A stretch of DNA of 54,200 nucleotides from Desulfuromonadales bacterium (GCA_012974445.1 JAAXQG010000289.1:1-54200), one strand, 5' to 3'. Counted from the first letter of the stretch, positions 17,629-27,459 are shown. Translations and numbers: made by a program. The notes: generated by a model not told the origin, from the letters alone.

Positions 17629-19173
17629 TTAACGTTTGAGGTTGATCAACTCACCGAGCATTTCGTCGGTGGTGGTGATGACCCGCGAATTGGCCTGGAA
17701 TCCTCGCTGCGTCGTGATCATCTTGACGAATTCCTGGGCCAGATCGACATTGGACTGCTCAAGGGAGTTGGTGAAGACCTTACCCATGGAGGAACCGGCG
17801 GTGCCGACACGGGCAGCCCCGGAATTCCCGGTCTCGGCATACATGTTCCCCCCGACGCCTTCAAGCCCACCGGGGTTGGAAAACTTCGCCAGAGCCACGC
17901 GACCGACCTTGATGTTCTCGCCGTTGGAGTAGTTCCCGATAATGGTCCCCTCATTGTCGATGCTGACCTTGACCAGCTCCCCCGCACCGTAGCCGTCCTG
18001 GTCCTGACCGATGACCACCGAGGCACTGGTGTTCTGGGTGGTGTTGAAATTGAGATTGGAGGCAAGAGTGGCATCGGCGCCATTGTTCCAGTTAAGAGCA
18101 TTGGCAAAGGTCGTTCCGGTAGCACCACTTTGAAGAACACCACTTGAATCAAAAGATACGGCCCCTCGCCCCACAACCATAACTGTCGGTTGCGATGCCG
18201 TAGTCGCCATAGCAGCCGTCAGAGTATCAGGCCCCGTATCACCCGCTCCTTGAGCAGTCACGGCGGCGCCATGAGCGACCGTGGCCTCATCCACAACGGC
18301 CTGAGCAACTTCAACCGCATAGTCCAGGTCTGGGTCTGCAGGGACTGCAGCGGCCGCTGCGGCGGTGGCAGCCCCCAAGGTGATGTTTGCATTTGTTAGC
18401 AAAGTATTCAGATCAGTCACGACGGTGGCTCCAGTGGTCGTGTCGGCAGCGGCAATGTCTGCCCGCAACGTGGCGAAAGGAGCGAGTTCTGATCGAGTCG
18501 CGACAGTATTCCAGTCCCACTGATTGGTGGAGGTCTTGGTGAAATAGGTCGTGAGCAGATGGGTGTTGCCCAGAGAATCGAACATATCCAGGGAGGCGGC
18601 GTAGTTGGATGTTCCCAGGGGATCGGCGGGATCAAACACAGGGCCGACAGCTGAGTTGGCATCCAGGTTGGTGGTCAGGGTCACATTCGCCGTAGGATTG
18701 GCGGAGACCTGAACGGTATTGTCGACCCGGATGTCACTGGGCGCAGCAATGGACATGGTCCCGTCAGTCAGAAACTGTTTCCCCTGCACCCTGAGCCCCT
18801 CGGCATTCACCATAAAGCCCTGATTGTCAAAGCGGAAGGCGCCAGCCCTTGTATATCGGACCTCGGCGGTGCCGGGGACACCGATCATGAAGAAACTCTC
18901 CCCCTCGATGGCCAAGTCGGTGGCGGACTCTGTACTCTCGAAAGTCCCCTGACTGAAGATGTTGTCGACGGTGGAGAGCTGGGTTCCCCGGCCGACCTGC
19001 GATGTCCCCCCCGAACCGGAGACGGTACTGGAGAGAATGTCGGAGAAGACCGTTCTGGCTCCCTTGAAACCGACGGTGTTGGTGTTGGCAATATTGTTAC
19101 CGATAACGCTCATAGCGTTGCCGTTAGTGTTCAGGCCGCTGATGCCTGAATAAAGTGCACTTGAAATTCCCAT
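17629..19173 (-). CDS. flgE: Flagellar hook protein with ~100-aa Ala/Thr-rich insertion
   Basis: IGNNIANTNTVGFK, YTRAGAF, LEQSNVDLAQEFVKMITTQRGFQANSR; 514 aa. Confidence 0.97.
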   Translation of the reverse strand: MGISSALYSGISGLNTNGNAMSVIGNNIANTNTVGFKGARTVFSDILSSTVSGSGGTSQVGRGTQLSTVDNIFSQGTFESTESATDLAIEGESFFMIGVPGTAEVRYTRAGAFRFDNQGFMVNAEGLRVQGKQFLTDGTMSIAAPSDIRVDNTVQVSANPTANVTLTTNLDANSAVGPVFDPADPLGTSNYAASLDMFDSLGNTHLLTTYFTKTSTNQWDWNTVATRSELAPFATLRADIAAADTTTGATVVTDLNTLLTNANITLGAATAAAAAAVPADPDLDYAVEVAQAVVDEATVAHGAAVTAQGAGDTGPDTLTAAMATTASQPTVMVVGRGAVSFDSSGVLQSGATGTTFANALNWNNGADATLASNLNFNTTQNTSASVVIGQDQDGYGAGELVKVSIDNEGTIIGNYSNGENIKVGRVALAKFSNPGGLEGVGGNMYAETGNSGAARVGTAGSSMGKVFTNSLEQSNVDLAQEFVKMITTQRGFQANSRVITTTDEMLGELINLKR

Positions 19174-19191
19174 TTTTTCCTCCGCGTTATT

Positions 19192-19245
19192 GGGCCACCT
19201 CTGTCGGTCGGTGACCCGCGAACCCCCTGCTGTGAGGACCGGTTC
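19192..19245 (-). ncRNA. Candidate cis-acting two-hairpin RNA in the flgE leader
   Basis: Minus strand GAACC-GG-TCCT-CACAGC-AGGG-GGTTC, then GGGTCACC-GACCGACAGA-GGTGGCCC, then SD GGAGG and the flgE ATG. No U-tract. Confidence 0.55.
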
Positions 19246-19247
19246 GG

Positions 19248-19634
19248 TTAGGCGATTACTGCGCTGTCAATATTTGTAAAAACGTTCCCCTGCATGCTGT
19301 TTTTGTCGACCAGGGTCACCACGGTGTTGTTCTTCACGCTGACCACCATGGCGGTCTGATCAAGCAGCACGAGCGAATCCCTTCCCCCTTTGGCACCTGC
19401 AGCCTGGACCGCATTTTCCAGGCGGATCATATCCCCCTCGGAAAACTTGATGCCTCGGCTCTCCATGCGGGAAATCGCGTGCTTGGAAAACTGCAGCGAT
19501 GGTCCCTTGAGCTGGGCATCAAAGACCTTCTCGAAAGAGGGCCCCTGAGGTGAAACGCGCGAAGGAGGCCTGCTGATGGCTCCGGGTCCGGAAGGGGGCG
19601 TTAGGCGGGGATAGAGATGGACTGAATCTGTCAT
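19248..19634 (-). CDS. Flagellar operon protein of TIGR02530 / Flagellar_put type
   Basis: Between flgD and flgE; FSKHAISRMESRGI, KGGRDSLVL, VVSVKNNTVVT, NVFTNIDSAVI. Confidence 0.9.
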   Translation of the reverse strand: MTDSVHLYPRLTPPSGPGAISRPPSRVSPQGPSFEKVFDAQLKGPSLQFSKHAISRMESRGIKFSEGDMIRLENAVQAAGAKGGRDSLVLLDQTAMVVSVKNNTVVTLVDKNSMQGNVFTNIDSAVIA

Positions 19635-19636
19635 CG

Positions 19637-20296
19637 CTAAATCTCCCTGACGCTGCCGATGTCGAACATGTTGAAGGATCCGGCATTGGTCACCAGAATG
19701 CTTCCCGTAGGGCCGAGATCCACACCGGTCACGTTTCCGCGAACCAGAGAGGGCAACCCAAGAGCAGCTTCACCACTGCCTGCTGCGGCACTGAGACTAT
19801 AGCGTCCGGCAGGCAGTGGATTACCGGCCGAGTCCAGACCGTCCCAGTTCACGAAATGATCTCCCGGCTCGACTTCCTCAACCGAAACGCTGGCAACCAG
19901 CTCGCCCTGCTCGTCGTAAACATGCAGTGCGACATCCTTCACCGCCTGGTTCACACGATAGCCCAGCTCAACCGGACCGTCTCCCAGCTCGAAACTACCT
20001 CCTTCACTGACGACCTCTTTGCCGATCAGGTTCAGGGCGGAGAGTCGCTCGATATCCACGCTGCTCGCGGCCATCTTCTCCAGATTGGCGTTCATGGTGA
20101 ATTGCTGCTCCAGAGAGCTGAACTGGGCCAGCTGTGCGGTGAATTCAGTGGGATCCTCAGGGCTAAGAGGGTCCTGGTTCTGAAGCTGAGTCACCAGCAG
20201 GGTCAGGAAATCATCCTTGCCCATAGCCGTATTACCACCCAGAGCACTACTCAAACTCGGACTTGAACTCGAATTAACTGCTGAAACTTCGGACAT
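19637..20296 (-). CDS. flgD: Hook capping protein
   Basis: DDFLTLLVTQLQNQDPLSP, AQLAQFSSLEQ, FlgD_Ig WDG motif. Confidence 0.97.
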   Translation of the reverse strand: MSEVSAVNSSSSPSLSSALGGNTAMGKDDFLTLLVTQLQNQDPLSPEDPTEFTAQLAQFSSLEQQFTMNANLEKMAASSVDIERLSALNLIGKEVVSEGGSFELGDGPVELGYRVNQAVKDVALHVYDEQGELVASVSVEEVEPGDHFVNWDGLDSAGNPLPAGRYSLSAAAGSGEAALGLPSLVRGNVTGVDLGPTGSILVTNAGSFNMFDIGSVREI

Positions 20297-20318
20297 AAGC
20301 TCTATCTACCTCCTTTCA

Positions 20319-21788
20319 TCAGACTCTGAGACTGATACTTTTTTGCATCGACGCCTCGCCGCCGGAAGTCGGCACAACGGGCAAAGCACCGGCAACCTCT
20401 ACTGAAGCAGCTGAGCCCTTCCGGCCCCAACCACCAGCCGAGCGCTTGTGATTCTGCTCAAAACGGCCATCACGACCATCTTGCCGAGCATCCGAACTGA
20501 CCTGAACATTATCAAGCTTGACTCCCTGCTGCTCGAAAGCCTCACGAAGCCTGGGCAGATGCCGTTCCAACACATCCTGAATCTGCTGACTCTGAGCATG
20601 CAAATGGAGTTTTACTCCATCCTTTTCAAAGACCAGCTGCACCTTCACATTGCCCAACTCCTCAGGATAGAGATCCATCTTGACGGTACTGGACCCTCCA
20701 GATCGCTGATAGTTGAAACGACCCACGACCTGATCGACAATTTCCGCCTCGGGAATCACCTGCCCCGTGGACAGTTGAAACAACCCACTGCTGCTGTTCT
20801 GGTTTGCAACCGATGCAGGCGCCGGTGATTGAGCGGCTGAAACAACGGTGGTGAGAACAGGAGCCTCTGCCCCCTTGGGAGCAGCTTCAAGCACTGGAGC
20901 GCCTCCAGCGCCGGCGGAAGCAACCTGTGGCTTCTGTTCCCCTGCCTTAAGATCCATAATTTTAAGGGGCTCAACAGACTCTTCCGATTCCGTATCCAGC
21001 ACCAGTCGTTGGGAAGCTTGCTGCTGGGAGGAATCCTCCCGGCGCCCCTCTTTACCGCCAGCTTCGAGAATCTGTCCCCGAGACCCATGCCCCTGCTCAA
21101 GATCGACGGCCACTGCACCTTGCCCGGGAGCCCGAAGGGGTTCCGGCTTTACCAGTGACGCAGCTCCTTCTGCTTGCCGCAAAAGGCCTCCCTCAACAGA
21201 ATCATCCGTTGCCATTGCTGCGTTCAGTGCTGCAGCGGCAATATTCTGGGTGTCTTCGGAGACAGAAACATCCTCGAGAGCTGAGGTACTATCCATCTCC
21301 TGTCCGGTCGAGATTGGGACAGTAACAGCGGCTGCGACTACGGCGGACTGCAACGACGGAATTTTGACAAATGGATCAATTTCACCCGAAGAGTCCCCAG
21401 CTGCCTCCAGAGAAAGATCGTCCACAGAGGAATTATCCTGCCCTTCGAGGGACAACAGCTTCACCAAATTCTGTAGTACATCCTCCCCCTCGCCGAGCAC
21501 ATCCTGCCCGTCAAAAAACTGAGCCTGCAGTTGCTCCAGGACATTGCCCTTCGTAAGTTCCTGCCCCTGAAGAGGCTGCTGGATCGCAGAAAGATCGAGC
21601 TGCGAAATCTCTCGCAACTGCTCATCAAGCCCCGGCTGAATCTGCCCATCAAGCCCCGGTTGAATCTGCCCGGATGACAGTTGCTGAAACAGCTGCGCAA
21701 AAATAGGCTGATCAGCGCCCTGAGTTGCTGACTGTGAAGTTGTGGCCGGCACGGAGCTAACCGGTATAGCAATTGGTAGCATTTCCAT
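20319..21788 (-). CDS. fliK: Hook-length control protein
   Basis: Low-complexity acidic N-terminus; C-terminal Flg_hook domain (LYPEELGNV...LPRLREAFEQQG). Confidence 0.92.
   Translation of the reverse strand: MEMLPIAIPVSSVPATTSQSATQGADQPIFAQLFQQLSSGQIQPGLDGQIQPGLDEQLREISQLDLSAIQQPLQGQELTKGNVLEQLQAQFFDGQDVLGEGEDVLQNLVKLLSLEGQDNSSVDDLSLEAAGDSSGEIDPFVKIPSLQSAVVAAAVTVPISTGQEMDSTSALEDVSVSEDTQNIAAAALNAAMATDDSVEGGLLRQAEGAASLVKPEPLRAPGQGAVAVDLEQGHGSRGQILEAGGKEGRREDSSQQQASQRLVLDTESEESVEPLKIMDLKAGEQKPQVASAGAGGAPVLEAAPKGAEAPVLTTVVSAAQSPAPASVANQNSSSGLFQLSTGQVIPEAEIVDQVVGRFNYQRSGGSSTVKMDLYPEELGNVKVQLVFEKDGVKLHLHAQSQQIQDVLERHLPRLREAFEQQGVKLDNVQVSSDARQDGRDGRFEQNHKRSAGGWGRKGSAASVEVAGALPVVPTSGGEASMQKSISLRV
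21623..21670. repeat. 24-bp tandem duplication inside fliK (GQIQPGLD x2)
   Basis: CATCAAGCCCCGGCTGAATCTGCC / CATCAAGCCCCGGTTGAATCTGCC, one mismatch. Confidence 0.9.
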
Positions 21789-21839
21789 ATTTTCACCCCC
21801 CTCCTTTTTCAGGATACCCGGTACATACCGGATTGATGC

Positions 21840-22346
21840 TTATCTCAGATCGGAGAACCCCTCACTGAGAGATATTGCCTTATCTTTTCGAATGCTGTTA
21901 AGAATCTTCCCGGCAGACTTGCGTTTCATGCCGGAGAGGATCTGAACTGCCAGCCCTTCGTCCAGCTCAGCAATTACCAGAGCGGCCTTAGCCGGATCCA
22001 TTTTTTCATAAATCTTGCTCAGTTCCGTAACCTGCTGGGCTTCGACTTCGGACTTTTTGCCGAGCAGCCCTTCGACTTGCTCACGAAGCCGCTTCAAATC
22101 GTCCAGCTTCTTTTCGACTTCGACCTCCAAAGTCTTTAGTTCAATTTCGCGCTTCTGCAGAGCCTCATCTTTTTTCCGAAGCTTTTGACGCTCCTGCTGA
22201 AGGCTGAGCAGGAGTCTTCGTTCTTCAACCGAGGAGTATTCCGAGGTCGATGAAGAAGGGTCCTCCTGAGCCGAGACAAGAACAGAGCCCCAAACAACGA
22301 GGGTGATTACGAGAGCGAGTACGCTGAGGAGTTTGTTAGTCTTCAC
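21840..22346 (-). CDS. MotE/YlxF/FlbB-like periplasmic coiled-coil protein (MgtE_N-like C-terminus)
   Basis: Signal/TM segment, coiled coil, IYEKMDPAKAA...ILSGMKRKSAGKIL; lies between fliJ and fliK. Confidence 0.8.
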   Translation of the reverse strand: MKTNKLLSVLALVITLVVWGSVLVSAQEDPSSSTSEYSSVEERRLLLSLQQERQKLRKKDEALQKREIELKTLEVEVEKKLDDLKRLREQVEGLLGKKSEVEAQQVTELSKIYEKMDPAKAALVIAELDEGLAVQILSGMKRKSAGKILNSIRKDKAISLSEGFSDLR

Positions 22347-22351
22347 TTGCG

Positions 22352-22783
22352 TTAACCTTTCTTTCTCTGCACTGCAATTTCATCCAGGAAAATATTTTCT
22401 CGTCGCCGAAATTCTCCTGCCTCTTCCCGGAGGTGCTTCTCTTTCAGCTTTTCCATGAGTTTTTTTTCACGACTGGCTTCGAGCAGATCCTGCTTCCTGG
22501 CAAGAACCAGTTCACGGGCCCGCTCCAACTCTTCGGCCATTTCGGCCAGAACCTTTACCAGAAGACTGATTCTGCCCTCGTAAAGCAGCAGCTCATCGAT
22601 AGATATGCCTTCAGACTTTTTTTGGTCGAGCCCTGAGTAGAGAGACTCCAGGGCCACACGCTGGTCGTTGAGTTTGCCAAGAAGCGCGCTTTCGGCTTGA
22701 AGACAGGCCGCATAACGCTGCTGGGCCTGCCCCTCGGTAATGCGCCGATAATCGAGAACCGACTGCAACCTGAATCTGGACAT
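22352..22783 (-). CDS. fliJ: Export protein FliJ
   Basis: FRLQSVLDYR, coiled coil, KLMEKLKEK, LDEIA. Confidence 0.92.
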   Translation of the reverse strand: MSRFRLQSVLDYRRITEGQAQQRYAACLQAESALLGKLNDQRVALESLYSGLDQKKSEGISIDELLLYEGRISLLVKVLAEMAEELERARELVLARKQDLLEASREKKLMEKLKEKHLREEAGEFRRRENIFLDEIAVQRKKG

Positions 22784-22810
22784 GGCGTGCTCCCGGGTTT
22801 CTGGGCGGGT

Positions 22811-24124
22811 TTACTTACGGCGGTCTCCCACAATGGAAGACATTTCGGAAAGAGAGGTAGGCAGGTCGACTCGCTCATCCATGCCCTGCTGAAGAAAAGT
22901 CAGAGCCTGATCGATCTTGGACAGAGCATAGTCGATTTTGGGATTATTGCCCTTGGAATAGGCCCCGATATTGATGATATCTTCGGCCTCCCGGTAGGTC
23001 GCAAGGATCTCGCGCAGCATACCGGCATCGGCCACCTGATCGGCGGGGCAGATATCCCGCATGATACGACTGGCTGAATTAAGGATGTCGATACAGGGGT
23101 AATGGTTGCGGGCGGCCAGCTCCCGGGATAGTACGATATGGCCATCGAGAATGGAGCGTACCGCATCGGCAATGGGCTCATTCATGTCATCCCCCTCGAC
23201 CAGCACCGTGTAGAGACCGGTGATACTTCCAGCGCCGGTAAAGGAACCTGCGCGCTCCAGAAGTCGGGGTAAGGTGGCAAAAACCGAAGGAGTGTACCCC
23301 TTGGTAGTCGGCGGCTCACCGATGGCCAGCCCCACCTCCCTCATTGCCATAGCGAAACGGGTCACCGAATCCATGAGCAGCAGGACATTTTTCCCCTCGG
23401 CGCAGAAATGCTCGGCGATGGTAGTGGCGACAAAGGCGCCGCGCATCCGAAGCAGGGGAGACTGGTCTGAAGTCGCCACCACGACAACGGATCGGGCTAG
23501 CCCTTCGGGCCCCAGATCCCTCTCGATAAACTCCTTGACCTCGCGCCCGCGCTCACCGATCAGGGCGATCACGTTCACATCGGCCCGTGCATGCCGGGCC
23601 ATAGTCCCCAGCAGCACGCTCTTGCCGACCCCCGAACCGGCCATGATCCCCATGCGCTGACCGTACCCGCAGGTGAGCAACGAGTTGATGGCGCGCACGC
23701 CAAGATCGATGGGGGTGGTCAGGGGAGCCCGCGCCATGGGGCCCGGAGGCAGGGCGTAGATTGGACGCTCCTGAGGCAGAGCTGGCAGAGGCCGCCCATC
23801 GATGGGCTCCCCCATGGCATCGATGACCCGCCCGAGGAGCCCGTCGCCAAGCTTCATGGTAGCACTGGTGCGCCGAACGCTGATGAGACTTCCCGGCCCA
23901 AGCCCCCGAAGATCCCCCAGAGGCATCAGCAAGGCATGAGACTGACGAAACCCTACGACTTCAGCAAAGACAGAGGGCCCACCATGCAGGGGGGCCAGCT
24001 CACAGAGGGTTCCGACAGAGGAAGCGGGACAGTAACCTTCGACGACAAGGCCGACGATTTTCGTGACCTTGCCCCGAACCCGCAAGGGATTCAGGCTTTT
24101 TATCTGCCCGATCAGCTCGTCCAT
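22811..24124 (-). CDS. fliI: Flagellar export ATPase
   Basis: AGSGVGKS, IGERGREV, DSVTRF, GEPPTTKGYTPS. Confidence 0.98.
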   Translation of the reverse strand: MDELIGQIKSLNPLRVRGKVTKIVGLVVEGYCPASSVGTLCELAPLHGGPSVFAEVVGFRQSHALLMPLGDLRGLGPGSLISVRRTSATMKLGDGLLGRVIDAMGEPIDGRPLPALPQERPIYALPPGPMARAPLTTPIDLGVRAINSLLTCGYGQRMGIMAGSGVGKSVLLGTMARHARADVNVIALIGERGREVKEFIERDLGPEGLARSVVVVATSDQSPLLRMRGAFVATTIAEHFCAEGKNVLLLMDSVTRFAMAMREVGLAIGEPPTTKGYTPSVFATLPRLLERAGSFTGAGSITGLYTVLVEGDDMNEPIADAVRSILDGHIVLSRELAARNHYPCIDILNSASRIMRDICPADQVADAGMLREILATYREAEDIINIGAYSKGNNPKIDYALSKIDQALTFLQQGMDERVDLPTSLSEMSSIVGDRRK

Positions 24125-24822
24125 CAGGTCTTGGGGGGGGCGAAGAGGAGGTTTTTGCGGATTTCATCGAGCTGGGCCTCAATCGTGGCATCCACCTCAC
24201 CCAGCTCGGACTCGACCACACATCCACCGGGGCTGATGGACGGGTCCGATTCGAACACGATATTGTTCAGTCCGGAAATTGCAGAAAGAAAAAAGGGCTT
24301 TTTCTCCGTCACAGCTTTAAAATCATCGGGGCTGACGCGGATCTGATACTCATCAGACTGCACTGAGAAATGGAGTGCTTTTTTGAGGGTTCGCAGAATC
24401 AAATCAGGGTCCTGCTCGACCACAGCGCCGACCACCTGCTCAGCGATGACCATGACCAGGCGTTTCATATCATTGAGATTATCAAGCAGAAGCGACTCGC
24501 GCAGGGCGCTGAGCTGCTCCATCGCCAGGCTCAGGGCCTCAACGGACTGACCGAAATCCTCCCGGATTTGAGCCAGAGACTCCCTGCGCCCACGGGCGTA
24601 GGCCTCGGCAACGAGGCTGTCGACATCGACCTGGGGCGTCCCGGCAGACTCCTGAACCGGAGCAACCGAGGATTCATGGGGCACAACCGGAGCCTCTTCG
24701 ACGAAATCGGCCGCGATCAGCCCTACACCACCGTCGCAGTCCCTGCCCTCACCGAACTCGAGAAACTCGACCCGACGCAGTTCCGTGCTTGGGCACTGTC
24801 GGTAAACCTTAGACGAGAACAT
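24124..24822 (-). CDS. fliH: Export protein FliH
   Basis: IRVSPDD and GGCVVESELGEVDATIE; start moved to ATG 24822 after SD GGAGG. Confidence 0.92.
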   Translation of the reverse strand: MFSSKVYRQCPSTELRRVEFLEFGEGRDCDGGVGLIAADFVEEAPVVPHESSVAPVQESAGTPQVDVDSLVAEAYARGRRESLAQIREDFGQSVEALSLAMEQLSALRESLLLDNLNDMKRLVMVIAEQVVGAVVEQDPDLILRTLKKALHFSVQSDEYQIRVSPDDFKAVTEKKPFFLSAISGLNNIVFESDPSISPGGCVVESELGEVDATIEAQLDEIRKNLLFAPPKT

Positions 24823-25831
24823 CCTTGCCTCCACGGCCAGGAATCGCAATGCGCCCTTCGTCTTCGAGCTTGAGAGCCACCTGGATGATTACACGCTGCT
24901 TCTGCTCCACATCGGAGAGCCTCACCGGTCCCATGGCTTCGAGATCTTCCTGAATCATATCCGCAGCCCGTTGCGAGATATTGCCGAAGACCTTGTCTCT
25001 CATCTCTTCCGATGCGGTCTTGAGAGAAATGGTCAACGTATCATTGTCGATCTCTCGCAGGATCAGCTGCAGGGCGCGGCCGTCCAGTCCCTCGAGATTA
25101 TCGAAGGTGAACATCTTTTTGCGAATTTCTTCGGCCATGTCTGCATCCCGAATATCCAGGTTGGTCAGGATATCCTTGTCGGCGCCCTTTTCCATCTTGG
25201 CGAGAATTTCCACCACCTTGTCGACCCCACCCAAAGCCCGGCGTTCCTGGCCGACCACAACTCCGATCTCGCGCTGGAGAGCATCTTCGATCTCGGCAAT
25301 GACTCCCGGGGAGACCTTCTCGGTCTTGGCAATACGGAACATGATATCCGGGCGGATATCCTCCGGGAGATTGGCGATGATGCGACTAGTATGCTCAGCC
25401 TTTTGGGTGGAGAGAATCAGAGCTACGGTCTGCGGATGCTCTGCCTCCAGCAGGGAGGCCACCATCTTGGGATCCATCATCGCGATGGTCTCCAGGGGGC
25501 GCCCTTCGCTACCGGCCTCAACCTGATCGATCAGCCTCTCCGCCTCTTCCGGGTCCACTGCACCGAGAATGGCGTTTTTGTAGAAATCTCCGCCCCGAAC
25601 AAAGAGACCGCCACTTTCGGTCTGCTTGGATTTATATTCGTCCATAACCTGCTGAGCGACCTCGGGCGCCACATGATCCATGTCCATCATGCAGCGACTG
25701 ATCAAACGAACCTCGGAGGCGTCAAGTTCACGAAAAACCTTCGCAGTGGCTTCTTCGCCGAGACAGAAAAGCAGAATAGCCGCCTTCTCTGCGCCCTTAA
25801 GCCGAGACTCCTTTGCCTGACTTCTTCTCAT
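24809..25831 (-). CDS. fliG: C-ring/rotor protein FliG
   Basis: KAAILL, EHPQTVALIL, GGVDKV, MFTFDNL, GPVRLSDVE. Confidence 0.97.
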   Translation of the reverse strand: MRRSQAKESRLKGAEKAAILLFCLGEEATAKVFRELDASEVRLISRCMMDMDHVAPEVAQQVMDEYKSKQTESGGLFVRGGDFYKNAILGAVDPEEAERLIDQVEAGSEGRPLETIAMMDPKMVASLLEAEHPQTVALILSTQKAEHTSRIIANLPEDIRPDIMFRIAKTEKVSPGVIAEIEDALQREIGVVVGQERRALGGVDKVVEILAKMEKGADKDILTNLDIRDADMAEEIRKKMFTFDNLEGLDGRALQLILREIDNDTLTISLKTASEEMRDKVFGNISQRAADMIQEDLEAMGPVRLSDVEQKQRVIIQVALKLEDEGRIAIPGRGGKDVLV

Positions 25832-25835
25832 CGAG

Positions 25836-27386
25836 CTAACCTTCCTTCAGCCAGGTCTTGATAACCTTGGTCGGCGAGGCAGTTCCACGAAGAATTTCCT
25901 GGCTCGCCCGGGAGAGCGGATCCTCAGGGCTTGGCAGAGCCTGTCCAGACATCTCCATTTCAAGTTCCTCAACCGTTTTCATGGGAGTAGCCTCAAGGGT
26001 TTCCCCCCTCATCGTTTTCACCATGGGACGCACAAGCAGCCAGTACAGCAGCAGCAGTCCGAGGCTCAGCAGTGCATATTTTACATAGGGTAAAAATTCG
26101 TAGTAAGACGACAGATCGGTGGGCTGCAGCATGGGGTCATCCAAGAAGTTGCTCTCAAACACCATGGAAACAACTTCGAGGGTATCGCCACGGGAGGCAT
26201 CGATACCCAGGGCGCTGCGCACCATGTTTTTCATGGATTCCAGCTCTTCGGTGGTCCGGGAAGCATAACTGCTCTGCCCGCCTTCCCCCTGAACCAGACG
26301 GTCAGCAACCAGTACGGCAACGGAAAGTTTGGATACCGTGCCCACCGGCGTGACGATTTTGCTCACCGTGCGACTGACTTCGTAATTAATCGTCTCTTCC
26401 GAGCGCGATGAGGCATCCCGACTCTGAGTGGCAACGCTTCCTGGCTGATCCAGGTTCGACTGGACACCGGGTACACCGCCAGTTCCAACGCCTTCGCTCT
26501 TCTCCTCCGAGAGCTGCTCGCTACGCACCACAGGACTGGTAGGATCGTAGAGTTCCTCCGTCTTCTCCACCTGAACGAAGTCCAGAGTCGCCGTAACCTT
26601 TACCAGGGAGCTTCCAGCCCCCAGCGCCCGATCAAGCATAGACTGGGCGCGGGACTCGAGTCGGCGCTCTACGATCTGTTGATAATCAAGCATGCCAGGC
26701 GTCATAGGACCTTGTGCACGATCATCGGCAGGCTTGCTCAGCACCGATCCAACGGCATCGACAACGGTCACATTCTCCGGCTCCAACCCATCAACGCTTC
26801 CAGCCACCAAATGAACGATGCCCTGAATCTGACTCTCTTTAAGTCGACCGCCGGGAACCAGCTTGAGGATGACCGAAGCGCTGGCCTGCTGCTGCTGCTC
26901 CTTGAAGAGTCTCTTTTCAGGAAGAGCCAGATGCACCCGCGCTCCCTCCACGGGGTTTAGCGACGAGACGGTTCGAGCCAGCTCCCCTTCGAGGGCACGA
27001 CGATAATTGACCTTCTGGGCAAAATCGGTCATGCCGAAACTCGCCTTATCGAAGATCTCAAAACCTACCCCGCCCCCCTGGGGCAGACCCGCGCCGGACA
27101 TATCAAGCCTCAGCTCATATACCTGGTCGGCAGGCACAAAAACGGATTGGCCGCCGGCCTCAAGGCGATAGGGAATCTTTTTTTCCTTGAGAAGATTAAC
27201 GACCGCCGATGCATCGGAAGGAACCAGATTGGCATAAAGGAGGGTGTAATCGGCGACCCGAGCCTGAAAAATGATAATGCTGAAGACAGCCACACAAATC
27301 AGGGCAACGGCTGCAAGACTGAGTTTTCGCTGCAGGGGCCAGCCCATGACAACAGTCAGAAAGGAATTTTTATTTTCTTCGCCCAT
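25836..27386 (-). CDS. fliF: MS-ring protein FliF
   Basis: GVGFEIFD, RALEGELARTV, ARVHLALP, ASASV; two TM segments. Confidence 0.97.
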   Translation of the reverse strand: MGEENKNSFLTVVMGWPLQRKLSLAAVALICVAVFSIIIFQARVADYTLLYANLVPSDASAVVNLLKEKKIPYRLEAGGQSVFVPADQVYELRLDMSGAGLPQGGGVGFEIFDKASFGMTDFAQKVNYRRALEGELARTVSSLNPVEGARVHLALPEKRLFKEQQQQASASVILKLVPGGRLKESQIQGIVHLVAGSVDGLEPENVTVVDAVGSVLSKPADDRAQGPMTPGMLDYQQIVERRLESRAQSMLDRALGAGSSLVKVTATLDFVQVEKTEELYDPTSPVVRSEQLSEEKSEGVGTGGVPGVQSNLDQPGSVATQSRDASSRSEETINYEVSRTVSKIVTPVGTVSKLSVAVLVADRLVQGEGGQSSYASRTTEELESMKNMVRSALGIDASRGDTLEVVSMVFESNFLDDPMLQPTDLSSYYEFLPYVKYALLSLGLLLLYWLLVRPMVKTMRGETLEATPMKTVEELEMEMSGQALPSPEDPLSRASQEILRGTASPTKVIKTWLKEG

Positions 27387-27459
27387 CAGGGACAGACTCC
27401 GTCAAACGCTGCAAATGACATAGGGATTGCTGGAAACAAGACGTCAGAGGGTATCTGCA

